From an uncultured virus (IMG/VR IMGVR_UViG_2061766007_000286) (lineage: Duplodnaviria > Heunggongvirae > Uroviricota > Caudoviricetes): DNA of 64,000 nt. Shown piece after piece: positions 47,792 to 58,046 of this stretch. The DNA lies in the IMG/VR virus record IMGVR_UViG_2061766007_000286. One strand, written 5' to 3'. Made by a program: the position numbers and the translations under genes. The first letter of the stretch is position 1. Every line of letters starts with the position of its first letter. The notes beneath the pieces were generated by a model that had not been told where the DNA came from, ran no database searches, and saw only the letters and a list, made by a program, of their open reading frames with translations.

Positions 47792-48652
47792 ATGAGCGAT
47801 GAAGCCACTGAAGATTCCGTGAACGGAACAGAACGTCCGAACAAGACGGATTATACAAAGTTTCTCGCCATATTCTCCAATGTCCATACAAGAAGCTACA
47901 TTGGAAAGCCGCTTGAAAAAAGAATAGCTCGGTATTCCGTCGTATCATTTGCAGCTCTCCCGACAGAGATTCTTGAAAACGCTCCCAAGTCGGTGATTGT
48001 ACCAAGGGTCTATACAGGTGTGCACTATGGGAACGGATTCGTAGAGTCCGGAACGCCTACAAGAATACTAAAGGTTCATGGGGAATTCGATCCGTCCTAC
48101 GAGAACATGGTCGTCGACCACGTCAAAAAGGAACGGATAATGGAAGAATACCCGGACACGTCTGGCATATGGGGTGCCGTAAAGGATATACCGGACTTTG
48201 CAGTGTCTACAGACAGGTTGCTGCTGGCGAGCGATCTTATCAACAGACTCAACAAACAATTCAGGACAAGAGCGTATATTGCCATAGGACAGAACCTGTT
48301 TACAAGCAATACGATGTTCATGTGCGCTGCGACGGCACACAATCTAGGTATGAGAACGACAAAGGCCAATCCAAATCTCCCGGGATGCCCTATAGTGTTT
48401 TACAATGACAAAGAAGACTATCTGCTGTACATGCCGAAAAAGACCGGGGATATGTACCGAAGCGAGTGGACCAATGCATACCACGATCTTACGATATACG
48501 AACCGTTGAAGAATATATTGTACGGTACCTCGATAATGCCCATTACGAGATATCTGAGGCGGAGTCACTCGTGGCTAGGGACTTACAAAGAGTTTCCTCG
48601 AACAATAAAAGACTATTATGCCCGGAAGGCCGCGGAGAATGGTGCCGGTTAA
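47792..48652 (+). CDS. hypothetical protein
   Basis: 286-aa ORF. Confidence 0.55.
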   Translation: MSDEATEDSVNGTERPNKTDYTKFLAIFSNVHTRSYIGKPLEKRIARYSVVSFAALPTEILENAPKSVIVPRVYTGVHYGNGFVESGTPTRILKVHGEFDPSYENMVVDHVKKERIMEEYPDTSGIWGAVKDIPDFAVSTDRLLLASDLINRLNKQFRTRAYIAIGQNLFTSNTMFMCAATAHNLGMRTTKANPNLPGCPIVFYNDKEDYLLYMPKKTGDMYRSEWTNAYHDLTIYEPLKNILYGTSIMPITRYLRRSHSWLGTYKEFPRTIKDYYARKAAENGAG

Positions 48653-48739
48653 AGACCGTGCCCGTTTGTTGCTCCATTGTGTTTGATAAAATGGGGCTGT
48701 TTAGAAAATACTATATTACCTGTAAAAGGCGGCGAATAG

Positions 48740-49480
48740 ATGCGAGTCAACTACTTCTTTATCTCAGACCTGCATATAGAGCACAGGTCGGTTATACCAT
48801 TTACCGAGTCCCAGTACGCCCTTCTACCAAAGAATGGAAACATGGTGTCCTTTGACGGGAAGGAGTGGGTGCTTCCTCCAGACATCCCTCGTTCCACAGA
48901 CCAATGGAAAGACCGCATCTGTTCAAACTGGAACCGCGTCGTCGGACGATCTGACATCGTCTATATCTGCGGGGACATAACATACAGAAACAAACCGGAA
49001 GTCGCCGTTAAGTATCTGAACTCGCTGTTCGGTACCAAAAGGATCGTATATGGAAACCACGACTCTGAGCTGATAAAGTACCTGACTAAAAATCCTCAAA
49101 ATAGGATTGAGCTTGTCGGGAGCTACGTCGACACATATATCCCGATGTCTCGTGGTAGAAGCGCCGAGCATGTCATCATGTCGCATTGCCCAATATTCTC
49201 GTATGATGGATGCGGACGCGGGAACATCCACATTTTTGGACACATCCACGTCTCCCCAGCGGAGAACAAGGCATACATAGACTCCATGCGAGCCGCGTTT
49301 GGGCACCTGGATCCTGGTCCGCTGTTCGTCAACGTCGGGGCGATGCTCCCATGGATGAACTTCTGTCCAAGGACGCTGGACGAACTGATGCCGACGATGC
49401 TAATGAACAGAGGCCCTAAGCTGGAAGAACCCAGTGGGCAGCTCAGATTCAGAGACCTTGGTTCTGTTGCTGGTGACTGA
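48740..49480 (+). CDS. calcineurin-like metallophosphoesterase
   Basis: SDLH, GDI, GNHD, SH and GHIH motifs. Confidence 0.88.
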   Translation: MRVNYFFISDLHIEHRSVIPFTESQYALLPKNGNMVSFDGKEWVLPPDIPRSTDQWKDRICSNWNRVVGRSDIVYICGDITYRNKPEVAVKYLNSLFGTKRIVYGNHDSELIKYLTKNPQNRIELVGSYVDTYIPMSRGRSAEHVIMSHCPIFSYDGCGRGNIHIFGHIHVSPAENKAYIDSMRAAFGHLDPGPLFVNVGAMLPWMNFCPRTLDELMPTMLMNRGPKLEEPSGQLRFRDLGSVAGD

Positions 49481-49581
49481 AAATAACAGGCAGTAATGTC
49501 ATGTGATAATCGTGCTGTGGGCCAGTTTTACCGGCGCAACATTATAAACTATATTTGCGTATAGTATCGGTCGGTGTTTTC

Positions 49582-50655
49582 ATGAAACAGTCCAAATTCG
49601 ACAGAGTTTCGGTCGGCTTGAAGCGGCTCGGAATAGACCCTAGTCTTTTTGAAGCCATTGACATGGTGATGAAGTCCATAATGGAGAGCGATATTAACAT
49701 CAAAGATAATAAAGGAACATTTACTATAGACGAAAATGGCGGAAACATAGAGGAGATATACGGAGAAAAGGTGTCGTACTTGTTTGCCGACGCCAAGTCT
49801 AGTGGTATGCCAACATACGAATACATATGGAAAAACCTATCTGCAGACGAAGACGCGATATCTACAATAGTGGACCACGAAAAACAGAACTCTGAGCGGA
49901 AAAAGATGCGCGATATGTTACGCGAGATCATGGCAAAAGTGGATCGTACGATAGATATGACGGATGTTATGAAGGATACTAGTGATTACAGAAGAATGAT
50001 ATTATCGTACATAAACCGGGAAAAATCCTACGACGAACAGACTGAACGCGCGACCAATTTGTCGGCTCCATCCGGTGAAAGGAAAACCGAATCAATAATC
50101 GGCAGTGATCTCTACAAATACCTCGATCCAACAATAAAAGGTTACATCGATGATCTAAACGAAAATGACTCTGTTGCAAAGTTGCTTGAAGACGCAAAGA
50201 AAAGCGGCATGAATGTGTATGAATACATATGGAAAAATCTTTCCGCCGAAGAATTTGTTATGCTGCATATAGATGACGCGTTGGAACAGTATGAGCTCAT
50301 GGAGTATTTGCATAAGGTATATGGGATAATAATGTCGGAAGTAGACGATGAAATGATGTCGGAAGAAGATGAAAACGTTGATACATCTAAGCCAGCCGAA
50401 AACGAACACAAACATCGTGTATTAGACACATCAAAGCTCACCGACGATGAAAACAAATATCGCATAAAAATCCGCAGGCAGATAAAACCAAAATCAAGAC
50501 CAGGCCGAGACGAATTTCGAGGAATACGACTGCGCAATTCCAGAGATATCAAAAACATGATCGATGAAATGGATCCAAATCAGCTAAAAGAAATGGAAGA
50601 AATGGTTCGCAGGTTTGAAGAAACACGCAAGCTAGCCAAGCAGCCATCGGCCTAG
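49582..50655 (+). CDS. leader-family protein with internal repeat
   Basis: TATAAAC at 49543-49549; DAKxSGMxxYEYIWKNLSA occurs twice. Confidence 0.65.
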   Translation: MKQSKFDRVSVGLKRLGIDPSLFEAIDMVMKSIMESDINIKDNKGTFTIDENGGNIEEIYGEKVSYLFADAKSSGMPTYEYIWKNLSADEDAISTIVDHEKQNSERKKMRDMLREIMAKVDRTIDMTDVMKDTSDYRRMILSYINREKSYDEQTERATNLSAPSGERKTESIIGSDLYKYLDPTIKGYIDDLNENDSVAKLLEDAKKSGMNVYEYIWKNLSAEEFVMLHIDDALEQYELMEYLHKVYGIIMSEVDDEMMSEEDENVDTSKPAENEHKHRVLDTSKLTDDENKYRIKIRRQIKPKSRPGRDEFRGIRLRNSRDIKNMIDEMDPNQLKEMEEMVRRFEETRKLAKQPSA

Positions 50656-50666
50656 GAAATAGCAGA

Positions 50667-51671
50667 ATGTTCAAGGTTACGAAAGACTGGCTTGATAAGA
50701 CCTACAAAGAGCTGAACAAACAGCTCTTTGACAACCAATGTCCAAAGGACATTGACTTGAAATTCGGAAAGAGAAACGCGATGTACATAAGCACATATCT
50801 CTATACGTTGTGTTATGCATCGCCGTCAGACAGGAGGAAAAGCGTCATCGAGTACAAAGGGATCAAGGTTATTCCGATCCCACCGGAAATATTCATAAAT
50901 ACGATACACGAAAACGCCAACGAGGACATATACAAGAAGAACCTCATACACTCGATGATTCACGCGTGGGTATACAACAATTATCCGATAGAAGAAGCGG
51001 CGGAAAACGGGGAGTCGAAAAAGCAGCATGGAACGTTCTTCATGGACAAGATGGCGAAGGTGAACGAGCGCCTTGAGGATCTTGGAATGGAAAACCTGAA
51101 AGTCACGGTTTCCATGGAAGATGACACCCGCAAATATGACGACCACAAGAAGATGAACGAAGAGCACACTGTGTTCTACTATCCGTATGCTAAGGAACCT
51201 GTTCTCGGAATATTCCCGAGAGACAAGTCAAAACTGGCCCTTACGCTGTACCACTTCAGGAACAAGGAGCTAAGCAACGCGGCCAAGAAGGCGGTCATGT
51301 TCATAGATGTTGTGGACGACGAGTTCTTCTCGGAGTTCTACATAGAAGAACTGCACAAGCCTGTTCTGTACAAAAGAGCCCCGGAATACATAAAGGCAAA
51401 AATAGACGACAAGGAGATCGAGCTTGGCAAGGTTGTGTTCGCAGACCTCAGGAACGTTCTCCCGAAGGAAAGCGTGGAGAATAGCGTTGAGTTCATAGCC
51501 GATCCGATAACATATGTCGACGAGACGAAGCTGGTTAACATAAGCGACATGAAGAACATGGATCTGTTGATAGACGACGCTACAACATACGAGGAAACCG
51601 AAGGAGACGATGTCACGTACCGAGAGTACAAGTACAAGAACTACGACGGGTTCACTCTTGGAATCGTATAA
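50667..51671 (+). CDS. SprT-like metalloprotease-fold protein lacking the catalytic Glu
   Basis: YKELNKQLFDN...LIHSMIHAW...HGTFF. Confidence 0.7.
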   Translation: MFKVTKDWLDKTYKELNKQLFDNQCPKDIDLKFGKRNAMYISTYLYTLCYASPSDRRKSVIEYKGIKVIPIPPEIFINTIHENANEDIYKKNLIHSMIHAWVYNNYPIEEAAENGESKKQHGTFFMDKMAKVNERLEDLGMENLKVTVSMEDDTRKYDDHKKMNEEHTVFYYPYAKEPVLGIFPRDKSKLALTLYHFRNKELSNAAKKAVMFIDVVDDEFFSEFYIEELHKPVLYKRAPEYIKAKIDDKEIELGKVVFADLRNVLPKESVENSVEFIADPITYVDETKLVNISDMKNMDLLIDDATTYEETEGDDVTYREYKYKNYDGFTLGIV

Positions 51672-51675
51672 AATG

Positions 51676-51702
51676 AATGCCACCCACACGGGTGGCATTT
51701 TT
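51676..51702. terminator. intrinsic terminator between convergent genes
   Basis: AATGCCACCC/GGGTGGCATT followed by T-run. Confidence 0.7.
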
Positions 51703-51727
51703 CATATCCACTTTATCGAAATAGTCT

Positions 51728-52510
51728 CTACTTTTTATTCTTTACGACAGTCTTCTTCGTGGCTTCGTTCATTGTATCGTCTTGGTTGTACATATACTCT
51801 CTGAAGTCATCGTCTATTCTATTCGTTCCGTCGGAAAAGTCCAATGAATCAACTTCGTCTTCGGCAACCATCTCCATGGATTCGTCTGATTCATCCGACT
51901 CGTAACCATCCGATTCCATCGACTCGCTATGGGCATTCAAAGTGAACGTTACGGTATTTCCGTTTCTTTTTGCATCTATTATATCCAAATTTACGTCGGC
52001 GTCTCTACATATGCTTTTCGCCATCGATATGACTTTGTCGATGCATTTTGGCAAGTATCTTGAGCAGAATTCTGCGCCATAAATAGAAAGACCATTTAGG
52101 GTATGTTTGTCTATCGATAGTATTTCTCTGGTCAAGTATCCGATGTCCCGCGACACGGTTATAGTGTCATTGTCGTCATCTGAGTGGTCGTCGACATCGG
52201 CGACAACATCGTCTTTGTTTATTTCGTCGATCTCATCAGACGATGTTTCTTCTTTGACTTGTCGTTTTTTCCATTCGGATTCATAGTATAGCATCGTAAG
52301 AACGTATATCAAGAAATACTTTAACAATAGACGTTTTCTGTTCTCTCGGTTTTTTTCTTCTTCCGGAAGCTGTTCAATGTTGGTCGAGAAAATGCTCGAT
52401 ACGCCGGCCCCATCATACATTTCGTCGGAAAAGTCTGTTTTGAATACAATGTCGTCAATGTATTCGACGTAATCTCTGAGATCGTCCACTTTTTCTTCTT
52501 CTTCTTTCAT
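51728..52510 (-). CDS. highly acidic hypothetical protein
   Basis: TATAAAC at 52541-52547. Confidence 0.55.
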   Translation of the reverse strand: MKEEEEKVDDLRDYVEYIDDIVFKTDFSDEMYDGAGVSSIFSTNIEQLPEEEKNRENRKRLLLKYFLIYVLTMLYYESEWKKRQVKEETSSDEIDEINKDDVVADVDDHSDDDNDTITVSRDIGYLTREILSIDKHTLNGLSIYGAEFCSRYLPKCIDKVISMAKSICRDADVNLDIIDAKRNGNTVTFTLNAHSESMESDGYESDESDESMEMVAEDEVDSLDFSDGTNRIDDDFREYMYNQDDTMNEATKKTVVKNKK

Positions 52511-52570
52511 CCCAAAACCGACATGGTTCTTCTATGTCTAGTTTATATCTCTGAGCCCGGAAACGGCCGC

Positions 52571-54136
52571 TTATTCGATGTTCTTGAACTCGTCTATCCT
52601 GAACACGTCAAGGCGTATTCCGCGCCCATTGTTGCCAAATATGTTCTGGTACATTACGCGAGGAGACAGTTTACTATAGTTTGATGCCTCTTCTTTGATG
52701 GCATTTGCCGGGACCTTTGGTCTCTTTTTCTTCAGTTCGTATTTTCTTATCGCCCACAGCCCCTCGTTCGTCACTCTGGCTTTCCGTATCGCAAGTTGGA
52801 GTATGTCAAGCGTTTCCCTTCTTATGCCAATGATCAGATTCTTTAGCGGCTTGCCGTCTTTCATCGTGTAGCTAATCGGAGGAAATACTTCTTTCTTGGT
52901 CTCTGTTTTCTTTGCTACCTTCTTGTCGCTTCCAGAAGATTCCTTTCCAGTGGAACCACTCTCGTTCTGTTCTTTGTTCTTGTCGGTATTTTCTGCTCCG
53001 TCTCGTTTTTCCGAGTCGCCGGAGTCATTCTCGGATCCATGTTCCTCATTTCCGGTGGATTCGTCATATTTTGGTTCACCATCGGCGTTTTTCGCGTCGT
53101 CGTTTTTGCCGGAAGTGTCGTCAGAATTTTTCTGTCCGTTTCCAGCATCGCCATTTGGTTCTTGCTGTTCAGAAGCATCTCTACTGACGTCAATTTCGCC
53201 ACTGTCGATCTTTTTCCTGATTTCAATTAGCTTATCTCGTTGTTCTTGCGATAGGTCTTTCAAGAACGCATCTCTTTCACTCTTTTCCATGTGGTCGATT
53301 TTTATTGCAACTTTGGCGTAGTCATAGTCGCTCATTTCGTTTGGGATCTCTTCCTTTTGAGCCGGCTTCTTGGAGGCACGGTTTGCATTGTCGATTTCAC
53401 TAAGAATGGAATCAAGCATCAAATCATCCTGTTCGGACAATGACTTGCGTATTTCGGCTCTCTTTTCTTTGCCGTATTCATTCCAATGTTTCGCTATTTC
53501 ATTCAGGTTGACGGTTCCTTTCTTCTCTGCGTTATTTGATCCGCTATTTCCGGAGGAAGCGTTTTGCTGTGTCTGTTCCGACTTCTTCTGGACCTGTTGC
53601 TGATTGTTTCCAGCGGATTCCTTTCCACCTGTCCCATTCTGCTGCTGTGCGTTCGCCTTGTTCTGTTCCGCGTTCGTGCCAGTATTTTGTGTATTGTCGG
53701 CGTTCCCGCCAGCCTCGATGATCGCCTTGAAAATATTGACACTATCGGATATTGGCTGATTGTCGAATTCACCGTTTGCGGCCCTCTGAACATTTTTTTC
53801 GGTTTCAGCGAGACGCCTCTTTTCATCTTGGTTCATTGTGTTGGGTTCATATTTTTTGCCGTTTCTGTAGTCGTTGATTACTTCGTCCAATTTCTCATAC
53901 ATCAAAGCAAGCCGCTTTTTAGCGTTGTTCATCGCATCGTCAATGGGCTTGGATTTCTGATGATACTTTGTCTCTATTTCCTTTAACTTCTTGGCCGTAT
54001 TTTCATTCTCAATCTCATCGATGGTATTGGCCTCCAACACCGTGGCTGGATCCAATCCGGCCATAAGACGCGCGCAGGCGTCATCGAACCCACGCGAAAG
54101 GAATGATTCGTAAAGTGCCTGCTTGTCTATGTACAT
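52571..54136 (-). CDS. low-complexity hypothetical protein, putative virion-internal
   Basis: 521 aa; N/Q/E/S-rich linkers; leader-like N-terminus. Confidence 0.6.
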   Translation of the reverse strand: MYIDKQALYESFLSRGFDDACARLMAGLDPATVLEANTIDEIENENTAKKLKEIETKYHQKSKPIDDAMNNAKKRLALMYEKLDEVINDYRNGKKYEPNTMNQDEKRRLAETEKNVQRAANGEFDNQPISDSVNIFKAIIEAGGNADNTQNTGTNAEQNKANAQQQNGTGGKESAGNNQQQVQKKSEQTQQNASSGNSGSNNAEKKGTVNLNEIAKHWNEYGKEKRAEIRKSLSEQDDLMLDSILSEIDNANRASKKPAQKEEIPNEMSDYDYAKVAIKIDHMEKSERDAFLKDLSQEQRDKLIEIRKKIDSGEIDVSRDASEQQEPNGDAGNGQKNSDDTSGKNDDAKNADGEPKYDESTGNEEHGSENDSGDSEKRDGAENTDKNKEQNESGSTGKESSGSDKKVAKKTETKKEVFPPISYTMKDGKPLKNLIIGIRRETLDILQLAIRKARVTNEGLWAIRKYELKKKRPKVPANAIKEEASNYSKLSPRVMYQNIFGNNGRGIRLDVFRIDEFKNIE

Positions 54137-54142
54137 GGTTTC

Positions 54143-54604
54143 CTACTTGCTGGCAGCTCTCTTCTTCGCCGGTGCTGGCTTGCTCGGATTTGTTTTGTTG
54201 TATCCCTTTTCGACATTTTTCCCAATGTCAACCACGGCGTCTCCTACTCCCAAAACGGAATCCTTCACGGATTTTGCCGCGTTGACAATAGATCCGGCAT
54301 CTGCCCCGACTACATGTGCAAGTGAGCTGGTGAATGGTTTGTGTGTGATGTTCGACCTTTCCAATGCCTGACCACCGGTTAAAAGTATTACACCCGCACC
54401 AATGCCAAGGCCAAGTTTCGCCAATGTCCCTAGCACCCCTTCATTAAGCGCCTGCTCTCCGGTGGATTCTCCCATGTAAGAAGGCGACAGCTGACCACCG
54501 TAAACGATGTTGTGGATATCAAGCACAGCTTCAAGCACAGCTGGCTTGAGACCGAGCGAGGAAATACCTTCAAGAAACAGCTTGTCAGACATGTTCTGCG
54601 ACAT
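54143..54604 (-). CDS. leader-family protein with hydrophobic segment
   Basis: FLEGISSLGLKPAVLEAVLDIH; TATAAAC at 54631-54637. Confidence 0.6.
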   Translation of the reverse strand: MSQNMSDKLFLEGISSLGLKPAVLEAVLDIHNIVYGGQLSPSYMGESTGEQALNEGVLGTLAKLGLGIGAGVILLTGGQALERSNITHKPFTSSLAHVVGADAGSIVNAAKSVKDSVLGVGDAVVDIGKNVEKGYNKTNPSKPAPAKKRAASK

Positions 54605-54670
54605 AGTAGCACCACATTATGCTACCTGTAGTTTATAATCGCATGCTTTTAAAACCGATAGGCTGACAAC

Positions 54671-57508
54671 CTAAAAATACTCAAGCATTTCCTCAGTAGT
54701 ATCGGATTCCATGGATTCCGTCCAGCCAACCGCCTCTCCTATGTGGTCGGCCTTTTTCATGAACGAAACAACCCACTGTTCGTTCCAGTCCGGCGTGAAT
54801 ATCTCCAATAGCCGCTTCGGGCACTCGCTTCCCGTGTACGCTATCGCGGATATGCCATACTTGTTCGCAGCAACCTTTATGAACTTCACCTTGGATCCAT
54901 CAAAGATTGGTTCGTACCGCTCCTTCGACAACACCGGATCGGTCACGATCAGATGGTTCCACACAGACGCGCTGCGGAGCTTCCAGTCCACTTTCTTCCG
55001 AAGCTCGGGGTTCTGCATCACCTCGTCCATATAGTCCGGCACGTCGTGTCGCACGCCGCTGGGAATGGATATCTGGTAATAGTCCCCGTTCTCGATCGTC
55101 TCGTAGAACTCCTTCTTGATATCAGTGTACATGTCCTTGGACGCCTTGTGGTCATAGCTTGCCAAGATGTCCAGCACGTACTTCATCAGGTGCTTCCTGG
55201 TGAACGGAGTCGCATCGCTTCGAATAAGTTCCATCCCGGTGATTACTATCTTGCTGTCCTCGTCCTTGTACTTGATGTCTTCATTGCTCTCGACGTAGCA
55301 GATGTACTTTTTCTTCTTGGCCACAATGGCCTTGTTCACGCACTTTTCCCGTTTGAGGAACAGCTCGTTCTTGTACAGGTTCCACTTCTTGGCGAACTTG
55401 TCCATTATTTCGGCCAGCTTCTCGTCAACGATCAGAGTGTCCAGTATGCGGGCGAAGTCGGTCAACGAACGCCTGTCGAGGATGATTCTGAAGTTCCCGG
55501 AAACGTACATGCCGTCATCATAGAAGAAGTCCTTCTTTTCGTCTGGGAGATCCTTCCATGAGTCAGTGTAGTGGTTGCATGCCTTGTAGAACGATTCCTT
55601 GGCCTTCTCGATGTCCTTTATGTCGAATTCGCGCTTGCCAATGAACTTGTGTCCGTCGAACACGTAAACTGCCACGCTCTTTCCGATCATCTCCTTGTGC
55701 TTGGAATATATGTCCCCGAACTTCATGAAGAACGAGTCGGTATCCCCGTGGGAAACGCGATTTCTCTGCATGTCGCCGTCTTCGTTTACGTGTGTTCCCA
55801 GGTTTGCCTTGTCCAGCTCCGGATAATACCCGAACGCCTTCAGGAACCGTTCGTCGTGCAGGAATTCCCCTTCGATATAGTTGGTGAAGTTCTCGATGGT
55901 ATATGTGATCAGATCTCGTCCAATGCCTGTCGTGCTCGCCGAATTGTCGATATCGTAAAGCTGGAATGACGGGAGACCGAGCAGCCCGTACAAGGAATTG
56001 CCCATTACCTTGTATGCGAGCTGTTTCATGTTGTATCTATTCGCCATCAGCTTGTCGCCTATCTTCTTGGCGGCTTTCATTTTCAACTTTAGCTCGCTTC
56101 GGCCGTCGAACAGCTTCTTCGTGACGGCCGGAACGATCCCTTCCTTGTCGCGCCTGTAAAACACTCGATACTTGCCGTTCGCGTGCCACGGGGATTCCAC
56201 CAGGTTAGCCTTTTCCTCTTCCGTTAGAACGTGGTCCATCGGAAACGTTACCTTCGTCTCCGGGGAGATGTTGGCCGACATCATGATGCTCGGGTACATG
56301 GATCTGTAGTCGTATGACATAAGATCGGTGTAGTAGTTGGGGATCGAGTAGACGATAGCGCCGGGGAACGAGTCTCCCGGATGTGAGCGCAGAGGCGGCA
56401 TGACCATGTTCCGCTTGTGCAAATAGTCCAGAATGAACCCGTCGATGATTCTCTTCGCCATGAAGATCGCGGAATACGGAACACGCGCCTCGGTGCACGC
56501 GACGACCATGGTCTCGAACATGCGGACCTTGTCCTCGATCTTGACCATCAGCTCAACGTCTTTGAAGTTATACCAGACGTAATCGTCCCAGTAGTTCTTG
56601 TACGACAGGTATCCATCCGGCAGTGGAGCCTTCTGGTCTCCCACTTCCAGCCTGCCGATCGTGTCCAGCTTGTAGTCGTCTCGCTCGTTCGGCGTGTACT
56701 TCTTGTACAGCTTGAGGAAGTCGATCACCTCCGTCCCGGAGATTATCAGCGTGCCGTCTTTCTTCTCTTCCAGATACGCCTTCTTGTACTTTGGGGGAAG
56801 CCTGCTTATGGTGTTAATGTCGACGCCGAGCTTCGCAGAGCGGTTCACCAGATACGGTATGTCGTAGCCGTCACAGTTCCACCCTGTGAGGATGTCCACG
56901 TTGGACTCGCCTATGAAAGAGAACAGCGATCTGAGAAGCACTTCCTCGCTCTCGCAGCAGATATATTCGCAGTTGCTGTTTCGCAGTTTCTCTATAGTCT
57001 CTTCTTTCAGCGGCTTGATGAGACCGAATGTCGTGTACTTCTGCGTCTCTGTCATATACACGGTTACGCAGTTTACTGGCACCGCGGCCTTCTGTGCTGT
57101 CGGGAAGCGGTCCAGAGTCTCGACTTCGATGTCGAAGAAGCAGATGTTTATCTTCGACATGTCGTATTGCACGTCGTCGGCCTTGAGATAATGGTCACAC
57201 AGCCAGCGGATGCGCACGTCGATGTCGCTTTCCATCAGCTTGTTGTTCACGCCCTTGTTTTCCTCTACCGCCATTCTCTCGGTCCTGCCGTCGCAGAAAA
57301 CCGTATACACCTTGTTCCCGTAGATGTCTCTCATCCCGGTGTACATTGATCCGTATTGTCCCTGGTACGGCGTGTAGAATCTGTGCTTTACGCTGTATGC
57401 CTTGAACTGTTCGTCGTTGTTGAATTGGACGAAAAGAACCCCGTCGTTCTTGGAATAGTAGATGAACTTGTAGCCAGGCAGGTCGTTCTTGATTTCGTTT
57501 TCTTGCAT
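54671..57508 (-). CDS. family B DNA polymerase (T4 gp43-like)
   Basis: exonuclease FDIEV, GWNCDGYD, YNFKD; polymerase DYRSMYPS, KVMGNSLYG, HGDTDS, KKKY. Confidence 0.95.
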   Translation of the reverse strand: MQENEIKNDLPGYKFIYYSKNDGVLFVQFNNDEQFKAYSVKHRFYTPYQGQYGSMYTGMRDIYGNKVYTVFCDGRTERMAVEENKGVNNKLMESDIDVRIRWLCDHYLKADDVQYDMSKINICFFDIEVETLDRFPTAQKAAVPVNCVTVYMTETQKYTTFGLIKPLKEETIEKLRNSNCEYICCESEEVLLRSLFSFIGESNVDILTGWNCDGYDIPYLVNRSAKLGVDINTISRLPPKYKKAYLEEKKDGTLIISGTEVIDFLKLYKKYTPNERDDYKLDTIGRLEVGDQKAPLPDGYLSYKNYWDDYVWYNFKDVELMVKIEDKVRMFETMVVACTEARVPYSAIFMAKRIIDGFILDYLHKRNMVMPPLRSHPGDSFPGAIVYSIPNYYTDLMSYDYRSMYPSIMMSANISPETKVTFPMDHVLTEEEKANLVESPWHANGKYRVFYRRDKEGIVPAVTKKLFDGRSELKLKMKAAKKIGDKLMANRYNMKQLAYKVMGNSLYGLLGLPSFQLYDIDNSASTTGIGRDLITYTIENFTNYIEGEFLHDERFLKAFGYYPELDKANLGTHVNEDGDMQRNRVSHGDTDSFFMKFGDIYSKHKEMIGKSVAVYVFDGHKFIGKREFDIKDIEKAKESFYKACNHYTDSWKDLPDEKKDFFYDDGMYVSGNFRIILDRRSLTDFARILDTLIVDEKLAEIMDKFAKKWNLYKNELFLKREKCVNKAIVAKKKKYICYVESNEDIKYKDEDSKIVITGMELIRSDATPFTRKHLMKYVLDILASYDHKASKDMYTDIKKEFYETIENGDYYQISIPSGVRHDVPDYMDEVMQNPELRKKVDWKLRSASVWNHLIVTDPVLSKERYEPIFDGSKVKFIKVAANKYGISAIAYTGSECPKRLLEIFTPDWNEQWVVSFMKKADHIGEAVGWTESMESDTTEEMLEYF

Positions 57509-57523
57509 GATATTCCTCGTGCA

Positions 57524-57537
57524 TAATATAGTATTTT
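57524..57537 (-). promoter_or_regulatory. AAAATACTATATTA promoter for DNA polymerase
   Basis: exact motif 15 nt upstream of the start codon. Confidence 0.75.
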
Positions 57538-57677
57538 CCGCGGCCTGGAGTAAAAGAAAACCCCCTAGCTGGTTGCCCAGTAGGGGGAAGAGTCATTCNN
57601 NNNNNNNNCTGCAGACAGAAAAACGGAAACGGCGCCGTTTCCAGCGCCGTCTCCCCACAGAAGCTAGGTATGTTTTA

Positions 57678-58046
57678 TTAGGCGATTGCGATCTCGGAAG
57701 TGGAAGGGGTCGCCTTCTTCAACGTGACCAGAAGCAGCCCGTTCTCATACGAAGCGGAGGTTTCGGAGTATTCCGCTTCTGGCAGAGAAATTTCCGAACT
57801 TCCCTCGGTGGTCTTTTCTGGGTCGAATGGGTCGTGTTCTGTGTACTTGACGGACAGAACACGGGCGCCGTTCTTGTTGACGTTGGTGCTGATCTTGATA
57901 TCTTCCTTCTTCACACCGGGGAGAGTGACAGCGACGAGCGTCTTGTCAGCATCGTTCTTCATCTTGAAGTTGTTGATGCATTCACGCGCCTTGAGCTGGT
58001 CGTCAAGCCTGTAAAGGTAATCGAAAACTGGACTGAGATAAAGCAT
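57678..58046 (-). CDS. Hsp20 small heat-shock protein
   Basis: LPGVKKEDIKI...ASYENGLLLVTLKK. Confidence 0.85.
   Translation of the reverse strand: MLYLSPVFDYLYRLDDQLKARECINNFKMKNDADKTLVAVTLPGVKKEDIKISTNVNKNGARVLSVKYTEHDPFDPEKTTEGSSEISLPEAEYSETSASYENGLLLVTLKKATPSTSEIAIA

Noticed and set aside
54671..57508. Intein or intron in the DNA polymerase
   Set aside because: Continuous ORF with no C...HN splice-junction or LAGLIDADG motifs seen
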